Assembly: GCA_012295275.1 (NCBI GenBank)
Contig: CM022679.1
Coordinates: forward strand, 7,812,001-7,876,000
Length of the DNA: 64,000 nucleotides
Direction of reading: 5' to 3'
Origin: Chrysomallon squamiferum
Lineage: Eukaryota; Animalia; Mollusca
The position numbers and the translations under genes were made by a program. Positions 35,559 through 50,800 of this stretch are shown here, in pieces (the stretch's first letter is position 1; the number at the start of each line of letters is the position of its first letter). A model generated the notes under the pieces. That model was not told the DNA's origin. It did not search any database and saw nothing but the letters and a program-made list of their open reading frames with translations.

Positions 35559-36631
35559 TCAAAAAATATGTAGACAAAACTGTGGATGACAGTTAAAAAC
35601 AGAAAAACTAAAATTATTAAAATATTTCTTATTTAAATGACACAATGCTGACAAGCACCAATTTTAGACCTTAAATTCTTAGAATTAAATATTTCTTAAC
35701 AAAGTATTAAATATATATGTGACTAAATTTAGACAGTTACCCAACATTCACCCTAAAAGTAATTTAATTCGCCCTTAAATAGGCTATTAATTATTTTAAG
35801 AAGAACTGATCTAAACACTCAGTTATAACCTGCTTATTAATGACAATCTACAGACAGATATTTTTCTGTATTTTATGATATGATACATGAATATACTTTA
35901 TAACATGAGGTAAATTAAACAATAATTCTGATTGGTCAAAAATATGTACAAATACTTTTATTTAATTTTTTAATACTTTATTATTATTATTATGAATTTT
36001 TTTATTTAATTTTTATTATTATTATTACTATTTTATTAAATATTTATTATTTCGAAATCGGGTAATTTCAACATAATTTTGTTTCATACTCTTACCAGTG
36101 GCACTGAAAATCTTCGTGTCCTAGGACAAAGGAAATTATTTTCTTTAATGTATTATTTACAAGTAGAAAATATAATTACACTAATAGTTTGTCACCCCAA
36201 AGTCTCTGATCTTCTCAGAGTCTTTAATAATTAATGAAACACGTTTGTTAGTAATTCCATTTTCTCTGCAATTTTCAAAGACAAATTAACAAATAAAACA
36301 ATAAAACAATCCTGACCAGTTACCCTGTTCAAAAATTATCTCTAATATAAAAGTTTATTCTGTAAAAAAAGACAAAATTATTTCATTTCCATGTGTCAAA
36401 AAGAGACTATGTTTATCAAATTAAGAGGTGACAGATGACTAATTTTCTATTGTAGTTTGCTTTTAATAATTTTTCATGCAGAACACACACACACACACAC
36501 ACACACTTTTTAACAGACTGTGAACTAGTAGTAAAAATTATTTATATATAGCGTGGAAAAAAAAAATATGTGTATATATATGTATGTATGTATATGTATG
36601 TATGTATATTTTTTCTTCTGCAGATATTATA

Positions 36632-36679
<48 letters not shown>

Positions 36680-37239
36680 GTAGTAATAATAATAGTAGTA
36701 GTAATAGTAACATAAAAAACATCAGTTATATTTAACTTAAAATAACTGTCAGGCAGTTACGTTAAAAGTTGGTGTCAGAAGACAACACATAGAATTTTTT
36801 CTTCTTCTTCTTTTTAATCATTATCATTATTATTTTATTATACACTTTATTACTGTTATTATTTTAGTCTTTGTGTTGTTTTTAGATAATTTAGAATGCG
36901 TGAATTTTAATGACTGGTAATAATCAGAATATACAAAAAAAAAAAAAATTCACAGTTTTGAAAGATGTATGATACTGTAGACACTACAAAACACTTCTGT
37001 TAAAAATTGTGACATTCCAAAATCACAAAATAATCTCACTTTAGATCTAACATTTATTTCTGTTAGATAAACATTTTCATTTCTGACAGGAAAATCTCTT
37101 AAAACTTTTGAATGTTTCAACTGTTTGATAAATATTTTCATTCTGGACAACAACATACCTGATGATCCCTAAAACTCTTGATTCATTTTATGTTTTATAT
37201 ATATACACTCTGTATATGGCTGCATCCTTCTGTTGCAAG

Positions 37240-37600
37240 AGCTCAAGTCAAATAGTGTAAACATGCCTTTATTATCAGAATGGTGCCACCGCACATGATT
37301 AAATGTTTACAGTGTTGGCACAAGTCAAATAATGTGAACATGCCTTTACCAGCTAAAGAATACCACCACTTCTGATTCAACAGAATATTTTGTTAGTACA
37401 AGTCACACAGTGTGAACATGCCTTTAGCAACTGAAGGATGACACCACTTAGGATTCAGGATGCATATTGTTAAAACAAGACAAACAGTGTGAATATGCCT
37501 TTACCAGCTGAAGGATGCCCCTACTTTTTATTCAGTAAATATTTCATTAGCTTAAGTCATACAGTATGAAGATTTCTTTAGCAACAGAAGGAGGCAGCCA
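37240..37600. repeat. ~77-bp degenerate tandem repeat, 5 copies
   Basis: CAAGTCAAAxAGTGTGAACATGCCTTTA-like core at about 37244, 37321, 37399, 37477 and 37554. Confidence 0.85.
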
Positions 37601-37930
37601 TCTGTTTCTGACAAACTTCCATGTTATGTCACAACAATTTGTAATGTTTAATTCTTCCCTCTTTATAATGAGCCACGCAAAACAAAATCTGGTCCGATGG
37701 GACAAGCAGTGTCATTGTCCATAACCAAGTAGACTCTTGCATGAAAGTACTTGATGTCAAGTGTTGCCAGGCAACTGAGGGTATTCATCATATGTTCCAC
37801 AAAAATAATACAATATGACATTGGTGATAGCATCAAGCTGAAGGATTTGAATATTAGAAATAAATATTAAAGGAACAATTGTGAACTATAATAATAATAA
37901 TTCTGTAATGATAATGATGATGATGGTAAT

Positions 37931-37963
<33 letters not shown>

Positions 37964-38104
37964 CTGTGTGTACGTATGTTTATAAACACCTATACACACA
38001 TACACAGGTATGCACACTCTTCTAAATATTCAGTTTTAATTTTCTATTTAAATGTATAATATATATGTTCATACATACATAAATGCACACACAGACACAT
38101 TTAT

Positions 38105-38147
<43 letters not shown>

Positions 38148-38739
38148 TCACACACTTAAACAGACATGTAAAACTAAAAAAAAAAAAAAAAAAACTATCC
38201 ACATTTTTCCCACTTATAATAAAAAAAAAATAAAAAAAAATAATAAATAAATAAGTAAATAAAAGAAAATATTTATTTGATGACTTTTAAAGCGACACTT
38301 TAACGTAGGTGTAACCTTATAAAGATAAACCGCCATTTTTTTTTTTTATACATTTTTTTTAAATTTATTATCATCAAGTCGAACATAAAAAACAGAAATC
38401 ACTAAAAGATATATTTATACAAAGGCTATCACTGCACAGCTTACAGAAGAATAAGCTTCCGCTGTGCGGTCAAGCGGAAAGCACACTTACATTATGCTCA
38501 CATGCAACAAATCGACTAGCAGGTAATAAATTAACTCATGCACAGTAAATGAACAGAACGTTAACAGTCTGAGCGTGCTGGCTCAAAGCGATTGACTCAA
38601 AGTTTTCAAACGCTTGTCTAACATCATCGTGGATATACAGAGGCAATCAGGCAAACACTCTTCACACCCAGCTGTTCAAGTAAACGAGAAGAAGAACAAG
38701 AACAAGAAGCTAAAAAAATAGTAATAAAATTAAAAAGAC

Positions 38740-38769
38740 AGAAAAAAAAAAAAAAAAAAAAAAAGAAAG

Positions 38770-38864
<95 letters not shown>

Positions 38865-39012
38865 AAAAAATAGAAAGAAAAAGACCAAAAAAAAATTGAA
38901 GGTGAGAAAAGAAAAAGAAAAAAAAAAAAAAAAAAAAAGAAAGAAAATAAAGAAAAAAAGGGAAAAAAAAAAAGAAATAGAAAGAAAGAAAAGAAAAAAA
39001 GAATGAAATAGA
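38740..39012 (+). repeat. Very long poly(A)/polypurine tract
   Basis: ~90 consecutive A within ~270 nt of almost pure A/G. Confidence 0.9.
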
Positions 39013-39616
39013 AATGTAAGACCAGGACACTTTAGAGATTACTGTAGTAATAAAAATACAAAACCATAAAAAAATATTTAAATTTTTTTTTTATGAAAGT
39101 GAAGAATGTCTGTAATGACAATAAAAACAACAACAAAGAAGAAAAATATTTGTACCCACTGTGCATAATATTTACATGTTAATCTGTATGAATAAATATA
39201 AATAAGTAAGTAAATAGTCAGTCAGACAGACAGACAGACAGACAGACAGAGACAGACAGAGACAAACAGAAAGATTAATAAATAAAATAAACAAAAGAAT
39301 AAAACGTTTATAAAATGAATGAAAAAATAAAGAAAAAAAATGTATTAAATAAATAAAAATAAATGAAAGAATACAATAAAACAAACAAAAACAAACAAAA
39401 AGAAAAAAAAAACGAAAAAAAAAAAAAAATCCTCAAAATCCCAACAACAAAGAAAAAGTAAATAAAGTTCATAGAAAATAATCAATATCAAACAAGCAAA
39501 CTGTAAAATACTAATCTAAATAACATGAACAGATGTTAAATATATACAAAAAATAAATACAAAAATAATTATGTACAATTTTCACTTAACCAGTGAAAAC
39601 TATATACACATTCACC

Positions 39617-40000
<384 letters not shown>

Positions 40001-40805
40001 CAAAACCAGATAAATATTCCACATTCTTAAAATAAAAACAAATGAAAAAAATCAAGCAGAATATAACATTCCAATTAAATTATTATAAACTGACTCATCA
40101 AAATGTAAAAACAGAAATAAAAAATAAAAAACAAATTTTTTTAAAAGAAAATATTTTGCTACAACATCAATTAAGTTACATTCTTTCGGCCAAAATAATT
40201 TTATTTAACATTCCAGCAAAATTATTATAAAAATAAAAATAAAAACATTATCTGAAAGTTATGAATGTCATTAATATTATTGTATTCTCTTGACCAACAT
40301 AATTTATATAATAATAAAAAATATATATATTGTAAACATAAAAAAAAAAAAAAATTTGTAACAAATATTTTGCTATAAGGTTTGAGCATCAATTATAGTC
40401 TCTCTAACCAGCATGATTTTGCATAAAATTTTAACAAAAGTATTAGAAACAATATTAGAAAAAAAATAATAAAAACACATTAAGGGTATCAATAACATTA
40501 TAATTATAGAAACTAAATTATTAAAAAAAAACATAAAAAATAAAAAATAATAATAATAATAAAAACAAATCCTATCAATAGCATTATCAAAACTAAATTA
40601 TTAAAAACAGAAATATAAAAATAAATAAATAAATAAATTTCAAAAAAACATTTTGCTAAAAGCTATTTAACAAAATTATAAATAACCTTAAAAAAAAAAA
40701 AAAAAAAAAAAAATAAAAAAAAAACAAACAAAATAAAATTAAAAATAAAATAATAAATACAAGCTATCAATAACATTACAGAAACAAAAAAAACTATAAT
40801 AAACA

Positions 40806-40841
<36 letters not shown>

Positions 40842-41089
40842 TTATTATAAACATAAACATAAAAAAAAAAAAAAAAAAAAAAAAGAAACAAAATTATTAT
40901 AAACAAAAAAAAAAAAAAAAAAAAAAAAATATTGCCACAATGATAATAGAAAAACTCAAAAATAAATATTCTGCTACAAGCTATGAACATTAGTGATATT
41001 ATATTCTCTTGACTTGTTGACTTCAGCACATTAGACAGAGCCAAAGGCTACTCTCAGCTCTGGTTTCGGGCTGTTTTGAACACACAGAA

Positions 41090-41125
<36 letters not shown>

Positions 41126-41463
41126 CAGTAATTGATGGGGCTGTCACACCGAGGTGACACATGCTGGCTCAAGCCACTGCTGAAGACAGTGCAGTGCAGG
41201 TCTGACGTACGATCAGGTAAGGTTTATTACCTGAGCTGATGACACACCTGTCGGGAGGGTTTACCTGTGCTCGCTGTGGGATTGTCAACTCGTGTGTCTT
41301 CTTACTGTGTGACTGTTTCAGCGACCAGCCTCACAATGGTGAGTTTTTGTGTGTAATGTTTGCTGTTGTTGTTGTTGTTGTTGTTGTTGTGCTGAATGTT
41401 TGATGTATATGCATTGATAATAATGATTATTATTATTATTTAAATCATGTATGTGTGTGTTTG

Positions 41464-41565
<102 letters not shown>

Positions 41566-43519
41566 CTGAGGACAAGGAGAGAGAAATAAAGACAAACATA
41601 AATAGTGAAAAAGACTGATAGAGAAAGTAAGAAAGAGGAAAATTAATTCAGTTGTATGAATGGACAGACAGACAGACAATTGTTGGATGTGTAATTTTGT
41701 TCTCCTTTTTGCTAGCAATTGTCAGTAAGAAACATGATTACATGAAAAATACTTCTATTGTTACTGTTTATTATGTTTCCTGTTACTGCGATATTATGAT
41801 TACAATTATTTATTAATTAACTAATTTATTTATTATATATAAATAATTTTTTTTTTAAATTAATAAACTTGAGATTTAAAAGTTTTATTATGAAACAAAG
41901 GCATCATTTAAACACTTAGTCAGTATGTATCAGACAAATTTGCAATGAAATGTGTTCAGTTCTCAACAGGAAGCAATTTCTAGGTGCATAATGTATATAA
42001 TACATACATACATATATACATACATACACACATACATATATACATACATACATATATACATACATACACACATACATATATACATACATACATACATATA
42101 GACAGGCAAACAGAGACATGTATGCATGCATATATACGTACATGCATATATATATATATATGAAAGAGGGATATATAAATATATTTTACAATAATTTTAA
42201 AGATTTTATTTCCAAGTCCATGTTTATGTCTTTTCTTATCCATTTCTTTCTACAGTCTCTTTCTATCATAAGTTAAAAATTAAAAAACCCGAAATTCAAA
42301 AAGTTCTTTGTTTCTCACATACAGTTATTCTTTTATTACTAAGCAAACAGCTTTTGGCTATAAACAAATGTCATTACATGTCATATTTCCAACACACACC
42401 TAAATTCAGAAAGATGGCAATTAAACAAGGAAAGAGGCCTGGGGAAATACAACAGTGTGATGAACAAATGGGGTAAAATTGCCTGGAGCTAGTTGAAGTG
42501 TCTGATCTCATGAATTATGATGAGAAAATATTCCGTATGAAACAAAAGGCATGAAATTCTTAAAGGCTCTGACACATAAAATTAAAGCTGTTTTATCAAA
42601 TATGTTTGCCCAAAATAAATCAACTTTTAAGATTAATTTACTTTTAAAGTCTCTGATTTTAATGTTAAAAATTTTATTTCTCCTTTTTTTTTTTAATTTA
42701 ACTTTTCTTAAACATTAAGAAAGAACAAAGGATTTTTTTTTTTCTTTTTTTAAATTTCAAAGAAAAAAAAAAAAAAGGAAAAAAGAGTGAAAGAAAAACA
42801 AGTAGATTTGGGTTTTCTAAAATAAAATATATTCACCAATCCAGCAAAAAAAAACCAACAACAACAAATTAATAATAACAACAATAACAATAATACTACC
42901 AATAATAAAGCAACAAATAAATATATAAATAAATTTAATTAAAATAAATAGTAAATATATAAATATATTAAAAATTTGAAATCAAAGAAGAATTATATAT
43001 ATATATATATATATGTTGTTATTTTTTGTTGCTGGAAAGAGATGGGCAGAAGCTGTCAAAATTAAACTTTTAATATTAGTACCTTTATTTAAAAAATACC
43101 AAAAAACAATAAATAATTTAAAAAAAAGGCTTTTCTGTTATTTATCAAATCTATGACTTTCTCTCTGATACAAGCACATTAACTAACAACAGCAGATTAC
43201 TCAAACATTCAATTTATTATTCATATTTTAATGACAGCAGGACTGTAAATGTGACTGGACTTTTAAACAATTTTTCATTTATGCTACACGACAGAATGTC
43301 TGGCATGTTTCCACATTTCGCCAGCCTGATGCTGATGCTGCTGCTTTTTATCATGGAATTGGCCGCACAGCCAAATGCATTATGTAAATTAACAAAGAAG
43401 CTAACCAGAACCTAATTTCAGTATTAACGAAGCCAAATATTATCTAACCCTCGTTGAAATTTCGTACGTAACATAATTACAGAATCAAACGGTTACTAAT
43501 TAACAAAATTATATATCGG

Positions 43520-44140
43520 AGTGTTTTATCTTTCACAATCAAGACAATTGTTGATAATATGTACATTCGAAAATAACATTAATTTAAAATAATTATATTA
43601 ACAGAATACTGTCTTCCACAAACAAGGCAATAGCTGATAACATACACACTGTGAAAATATTATTAAATAACATAGTCATGCATATCATGGTTGTATCGTA
43701 TCGTACTAGTCTTTACAACCTAGGCAGTGTTTGATGTTATAACTAGTTAGAAATAATATTAATTAACATACTGGGGTTCATAGCCAAGGCAACAGATGAT
43801 AAAATGTACATTTTGAAATAGGATTAACTAACAGCTACAGGACAGAAAATTGTCATCTACCATTTGAAGCAGTTTGTGAAAAAAAAAAATGTTTACACTT
43901 AACATTAAATATCATAGTTACATCATGACAAATTGTTCTCCACAGTCAAGCCAATTGTTTGATACATTTTGAAATAATATAAATTAACACAGCTATAGCA
44001 TGTCATGGTTATGTCACAAACTAAGGCAATTGTCGATGATCTATATATATATATATTCATTTTAACGCAGTTACATCACTGGCAAATTGTTCCCCAGGAC
44101 CAAGGCACAAACTATTGATGTGTGTACATCCTCAAATAAT
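43520..44140. repeat. Old degenerate ~70-100-bp tandem repeat, ~7 copies
   Basis: Recurring CCACAxxCAAGGCAATTGTTGAT...GTACATTTTGAAATAA-like skeleton at about 43530, 43612, 43712, 43778, 43938, 44012 and 44090. Confidence 0.6.
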
Positions 44141-44785
44141 TCACACATACAATTCATAGGCAAGCTCGATAAACGCTGGCATACATCCAGTATGTTTTTC
44201 CACTGCCTGTACAGTACAGAAATGTCAGAAGCGCTGGGAATCCACTGATACGATGCATAGTGTGCATACTTGGTGGCAGCAGGGTGCATAAACAATTGTA
44301 ATGTAATACGAGGCTGACAGTAAAATTGATTGCCGGGATAAAAGAGAAATATGTGAGTTTATCACTTTGGTCACCACTGTGGTATGTATGTATGTATGTA
44401 CTGCTTTTCTACGCTGTACTGGTGAAATATGGCTAACAAATATCATAAATCTTTTTATTATTTTTATTATTATTATTATTATTTAAATAGGTGGCGGGTT
44501 TTTTTGTGGGGAGGGTGGAGGGAGTGTTCATTTTTAAGTAAATGCAGTGAGGTGGTTTTTTGGGGGGGCTCTAAATTTTTTTTTTTTTTAATTTTTAAAA
44601 AATGGTTAAGTATTAATTTGCTTTGACATATATGTACACATATGCTATATATATATATTATCATTATTTTTATTGTTATTATTATTATCATCAGATTGTA
44701 ATGACAGTTCTGTCTGTTTTTAAAGTAAATATCTAGTTAAACTAAGGAATTTTATGTGTTTGTGTTTGTGTTTGTGTATCTGTAT

Positions 44786-44914
<129 letters not shown>

Positions 44915-45234
44915 GCCTTTAGAAATTTTGGAGGACTCAGTTTATGTAGAGTTTCTGTTAGACTCAGTTTATGTTGATGTTTTTCAATTCTGATACATCT
45001 TTAACTTGTGGTTCTTATTTTGGTAATACAGATTGTTTTGATAATATACACAGCAGAGAATAATACAAGCAGTCTTTATTTAAAGATGACATGTTCAGAT
45101 AATAGTCTGAAATAATCAGAAATGGAATGTCATTCTCAGAATTTTGTTTAAATGGTATTTTTTTTTTTTTTTTAAATATTGAAATCACTTACATATTTAG
45201 ACTAATGTTTGCTGGAAGATGTGTATAAACCACA

Positions 45235-45357
45235 TTTGACTAGCAGTTAATTGATCATTTGTTACATGATTGACAGTTAATTGATCATTTGTGAAATGAT
45301 TGACAGTTAATTGATCATTTGTGAAATGGCTAAGTTTCATGATCATTTGTGAAATAA
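45235..45357. repeat. 28-bp minisatellite (TTGACAGTTAATTGATCATTTGTGAAATGA-like), ~4 units
   Basis: Directly visible. Confidence 0.8.
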
Positions 45358-45929
45358 CAAATATTTAATCAAAGTTTAACATTTTGTAATTTGTAGAATT
45401 ATAACTATCAGCAAACCAAAATAGATTTTTAAAATTAGCCATATTCACAGCTTAAAATAAATATAATAAAGTAGAAATCTTCCCATCCACAAAACACAAG
45501 CAACACTGATATTTTTCCAAATTGTAAATTCACTATCAACTCATAGTCAAAACGTACATATTAAGAACAGTTTTATAGCTTTTAATAAACCAAATGAGAT
45601 TCTCAAACTTAAAAAGTAATAAACATAAACAAAGAAGAAACTCTCTTCTCATCCACAAAAACAAAACACACCTGAGAGAGAAATTTTTAAAATTTTCTAA
45701 AAACTGTAAAATAATTCGTCAGAAGACCGAAATTGAAGCAACGAAGCAGAGTATTATCAGCAGGTGTGATATTCCGACAAGTAGCGTGTTCTCCACGACA
45801 CGTTGCTTCGTGTTTTCCCCACATAAATTCCTCCCCACAGCAGCCTCATCCATGACAGGACAAAATGCATTTCCCATAACTCCTACCAGAAATGTGACAA
45901 GCAGAGCCGTGCGCATTAGTTTTACTGAT

Positions 45930-46276
<347 letters not shown>

Positions 46277-46639
46277 CTTTTACGAATTTTTCAACATAAA
46301 AAAAACAAACATGCGTGGCACTCTTCTCTGTCTGACATCACAGGGTTCAAGTCCAGTGGCAGGCTTGGTTCCTATAATAAAAATGATGTGCATTGCTACG
46401 TGAAGTGTGTTTAGTTCTGGTAATGCTTTCTGTCACTTCTGATCATTCCTCTGCTAATATTAGCACTGCTAGGGCTGATATGTCAGGACTGATATGTGTT
46501 TTTTCTGGTCTGTGATTGTTTAGAGTTGCGATCACCCACTGTTCTCAGAGCTTGTCTGTTGTTTCAGATCATTGACCCCTCCCCCTTCATTGATAACGTA
46601 TGGAAGGGTGATAATCTGCTTCTGAGCCAAATATGTTTT

Positions 46640-46875
46640 TTGTGTTTTTTTTCCCATTCTAGCCACTGCAGCTGAGAGTTAATGCCAGCATATTAGAAGA
46701 AAACAAAACTGTGGTTGTTTTTTCCCATTCCAATCATTTCTGCTGTGAGTTAATGCCAGCATACTGCCAAAAAAAACCTGTGGGTTTTTCTCATTCCAAC
46801 CATTTTTAGCTATGAGTTCTAGCCAACATATATGAAAAACTATGTTTTTTTTCTCAATCTACCCTCTTCAGCTAA
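46640..46875. repeat. ~65-70-bp degenerate tandem repeat, ~4 copies
   Basis: TTTTTCCCATTC...GCTGxGAGTTAATGCCAGCATA...AAAAC repeated. Confidence 0.75.
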
Positions 46876-47699
46876 ATAAATATACTATTTCTAGCCAGTT
46901 ATGAGAGCACTTCATCATTTCCAGCAAGCATTTCTAAAACGTCACCTTATTTCCAGATCTAGACTGTTTACGAGCCATATATATTGTATCCTGCTCCAGC
47001 CAGGATACAAATCAATACAAGGAAATTCTTTAAACAAATAATATATATATTTTTTTGGTTGTCTGATTTTAATAATGGACGCCACTGATACAAAAAAGTG
47101 TCTCAACTGTCCAGGCGAAAGAAAAATTCATACATTCAGTTTCCCTGCAGACTGTTGTTGAAATATTCATGGATTCAGTCCACTTGTTTGTTTTTTTCTT
47201 CTTTGAAATGATATTTAAATTATTAATTGTTCAGTCTCCAGACTTCCTGGCAAAGATATTGAAAAACAAATGTAATAGTCTTGTCTTTGTTCCTGACAGC
47301 TGCATCATTTCCAAGTATTTAAATAAATAAATAAATAAAATAAAATAAAATAAAATAAAATAAAATATTTAAAAAACGATTAAATTTAAAAACAAAATAG
47401 ATAATTATGTTTGAAGGGAAAATAAATTACCAAACCCAAAATAAATTAAATAAAATATTTAAAAAAACAATAAAAAAAAAAACAATAAATAAATAAATTT
47501 AAAATTTAAAATAAACTAATATTTTAAGGAAAAATAAATTACCAAACCAAAAATATATTAATTAACATATAAGAAATTAGAACAAGTTAGCTGTTTTGAA
47601 TTGCAAAATATAACATGTGGTTATTATATGTCAAAAATATGAGTATTTTGTCATTAATGTAATATCTAACAATGGGAACCTGATGACGTCCTTCTAAGG

Positions 47700-47855
47700 G
47701 TTATTTTTCCCAACTACCAGCAAGGAATCTTATTTATGTGCTGTATTTCTCGAATACAAGAAAAGTATGTAGCATTATCGTGGAGCACTGGGTGGAACGG
47801 GAAATAACCAAAAGTGTTAAAATGAACAGGACTGATCCTGTGTCTTTGCCATTCC
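47700..47855 (+). mobile_element. Possible decayed SINE fragment
   Basis: CAGCAAGGAATCTT...TATGTG and TCGTGGAGCACTGGGTGGAACGGGAAATA resemble, from memory, the body of an abundant gastropod SINE family. GGAGCACTGG also occurs at about 26409. Not verified by alignment. Confidence 0.35.
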
Positions 47856-50800
47856 CGAGAAGAGCTGTATTCTTGCCAAGCAACAAGATTAACAGTCTGA
47901 CACTGTTAATTACTTTAAAAGTCTCGCGTTACAGGAATTAATTTCAATAAAGATCCCTGATTCTTCTAAGCACATTAATACTTATCAGCCTGGCAATCTA
48001 GATAGATTTAATTACTTATCTATTCATGCCTGTTTTATGTCAGTCTCATTAACAAGCTGTTGTTGTAGAACCAAAAAAAAAAAACACCCGCTACATTTGT
48101 AATGGCTCTTATGGGTAACAAACAAAAGAACAAATAAAAATTTAATACGTCAGTAAATTGTTTTAAAAAATAAAGCCACGTTGTTAATAACGGCTTGACA
48201 ACAACTGATTGTGTGTTTACTGTGTGAAGTTATGGCAGATAATCATCTTCAATTACCAGGTCCCTGTAAGAGAAATACTTCCATCCAGACTCCAGCTTTA
48301 GCTTGCCAGATATGTAAAATCTTTCATATGGCAGACGGTCACAAGTTATGAACAAAACAAAAAACACACCCAAACCCAGACCATTTGTTTGCCAAGTGTG
48401 CAATTACCCACGTCACATTCAACTATGTTTCATATTCACTTCCAAAAAAAAAAAAAAAAAAAAAAGAATTTGAAAAAATAATGATATAAAAAAAAACAAA
48501 AGAAATATAACCCCATATTAAATGTAATTTAATACATTAAAATGAATTACTGTTCTTTATATAAAAAAAAAAAAAAAAAAAATGTAAAAAATTTCCAGTA
48601 ATGACATGACCACAATCTGATAATAACATATTTCTGGAGCCTGCTGTCTGGACAGTAAGTTATGTATTCTGTGGTAAATTCAGCCAAGCTGGTGCTCCCA
48701 GGTCTGTTGTTTTTATTGTGTTCATTCCACTGCTTCAAAGAAGCAACAGAAGTAAAACAGAAAGGGAAGCAATATTTATTTAAGGACACCTCAGCACCTG
48801 TTGTCCCACAGAAACCTCTGAATGGAAAAGAATAAAGAAGTTAAATATTTTAACAGTCAGATCTCAGAGTTAATGTATTTCACATAAAACCGTGTTTTAT
48901 AAATAGACGCTGAACTTTTGTTATCGTCTCCAGTGGTGACTTAGAAAAACCAAGATGTCATATTAATAACTTATCTATCTACTTTATAAACCATGTTAAA
49001 TTTTGTTCAAATATAATGTGTGTGTGTGTGTGTTTGTAATTTTTATTTTTCCTTTTCTTTCTCATTTTGGCTCTTTCTTTCTCACTATTTGATTTTATTA
49101 CATTTTACAATATTTACATTATTGTGGTCGAGATTAAACTTCAAGAGTTAAAACGTCTGATGCAACAACAGCAACAACTGCAACTACTGTGACCTATTAA
49201 ATCATCTCAAACGAACTACAAGACATCTACATTAGTAAATAACATTAAATTAGCAGAGTGTAATCCAAGAAAGCACTTATAGGTAGTCTTATTGGTAATG
49301 TTGATGCTTTCGGCATAAACATGGCTGCTTCCCAGATTGGTGGCAGCCTGAAGGTCAAACCTCGGTAACAGAGACTGGAGATGAAATTTCTTAAAAGCCT
49401 CATCAGTAATTTATATACAAAAGTAAACAGGAAGAAAGATCTGTTTTATTTAATGAAGCACTTAACACATTGTTTTTAATACTGTGGTTTTGTGTGTGTG
49501 TCATACATGTGTTTAAGCTCCATGCAGATCAGAAGAATAAGGATCATAAAGATCATGAGAACAAGGTCAATAGAAATCATAAGAATTAGGTTCAATCAGA
49601 TCATAAGGTCCATAAAGATCATAAGATCGATATATATTATAATAATAAGACTCGTACATTGTGTTCTGTTGGGTTTTTGGTATACATTATCAATGCGCAC
49701 CATAAAGACATGATGAATAATGAAACAATGTATAAGGCAATATAAATAACACAGATATGTTCCAGATCCACCATATTTCACCTTTAATCAAACACTAATA
49801 AAGGATCAATGTAAACAATAAAAAAAAAACAGTGAGAATTACTGTTATGGTGATTACACACTGAAACACTCTGTTTTTAATCTTATTTGTTGTTGTTGTT
49901 GTATGTACAAAATGATGTATACAAGGGAAATGTAAAGACAGGACCTTTTTTTATTTTGATTAATTCTATAAATTCAATCTAGAATACAGTAGTCTTCAGT
50001 ATAACATAATAAATCTTTTTTTTTTTCCCCTTACTTTTCTTTCTCAGTTTAGAATTGTTTTTGAAGATTTCGTTCTCTTAAGTAAGTCACTGAAAACGGC
50101 CAGCATTTGTCTTGATTCAGTTTAAACTATTCTGACACCCAGTGTATTCAGTGTGGTGTTAGACAGACACTCACACACCTATTGAGTTTTCAGTCTATTA
50201 TTTTCTAGCAGACACCTTTTCTTTCTTCTTTTTGTTTTCATTCTTCCCTTCTCTTCTTTTTCTTTTCATTTTCTTTCCTTCTTCTTCTTCTACTTTTCCT
50301 TATTCTTTCTTTCTTTCTTTCTTTTTCTTTTTTCTTTATTTTTATTCTTTTTTTTCACGAACACTGGGTAATCCTATCAGTGTGTTATTACGTGGGGAAT
50401 TAGGGTCTCCAAGCCAAACAGTCTGGTAACTTTCCACAAGGGTAACTCTAAATGGCTAATGAAAGAGGAAGGCCTCTGCAAGCGGAGAGTTAAGTAGGCT
50501 TATAATGATAAGCCTGCAGGTTCTGGCAGAGCTGTGTCCCAGCAGACAGGGGTTTTAGGTCTGTCTGTATCCCAGTGTACATCTACAGTGTACATGGCTG
50601 GAATGCATAACGTCAGGTTTAATTCAGAGGAGCGACTTGCACCTGTGTGACATGTTATGAAAATTAGAAGCATATTTGTTGTTAATATTCTACGAAAAAT
50701 GAGATCAAAAACAAAAGCTTCGTGTTCTATGAGAAAGTCTGGTGGGTTTTTTTTTTTTTTTTTGTGAATGTGGATGTAACTGTTTTAGGTTATTGATTAA

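Noticed and set aside
46984-47010. Hairpin TTGTATCCTG-N7-CAGGATACAA as a Helitron 3' end or terminator
   Set aside because: The nearest CTAG is ~22 nt away and not followed by T, and no matching 5' end was found; an isolated 10-bp stem.
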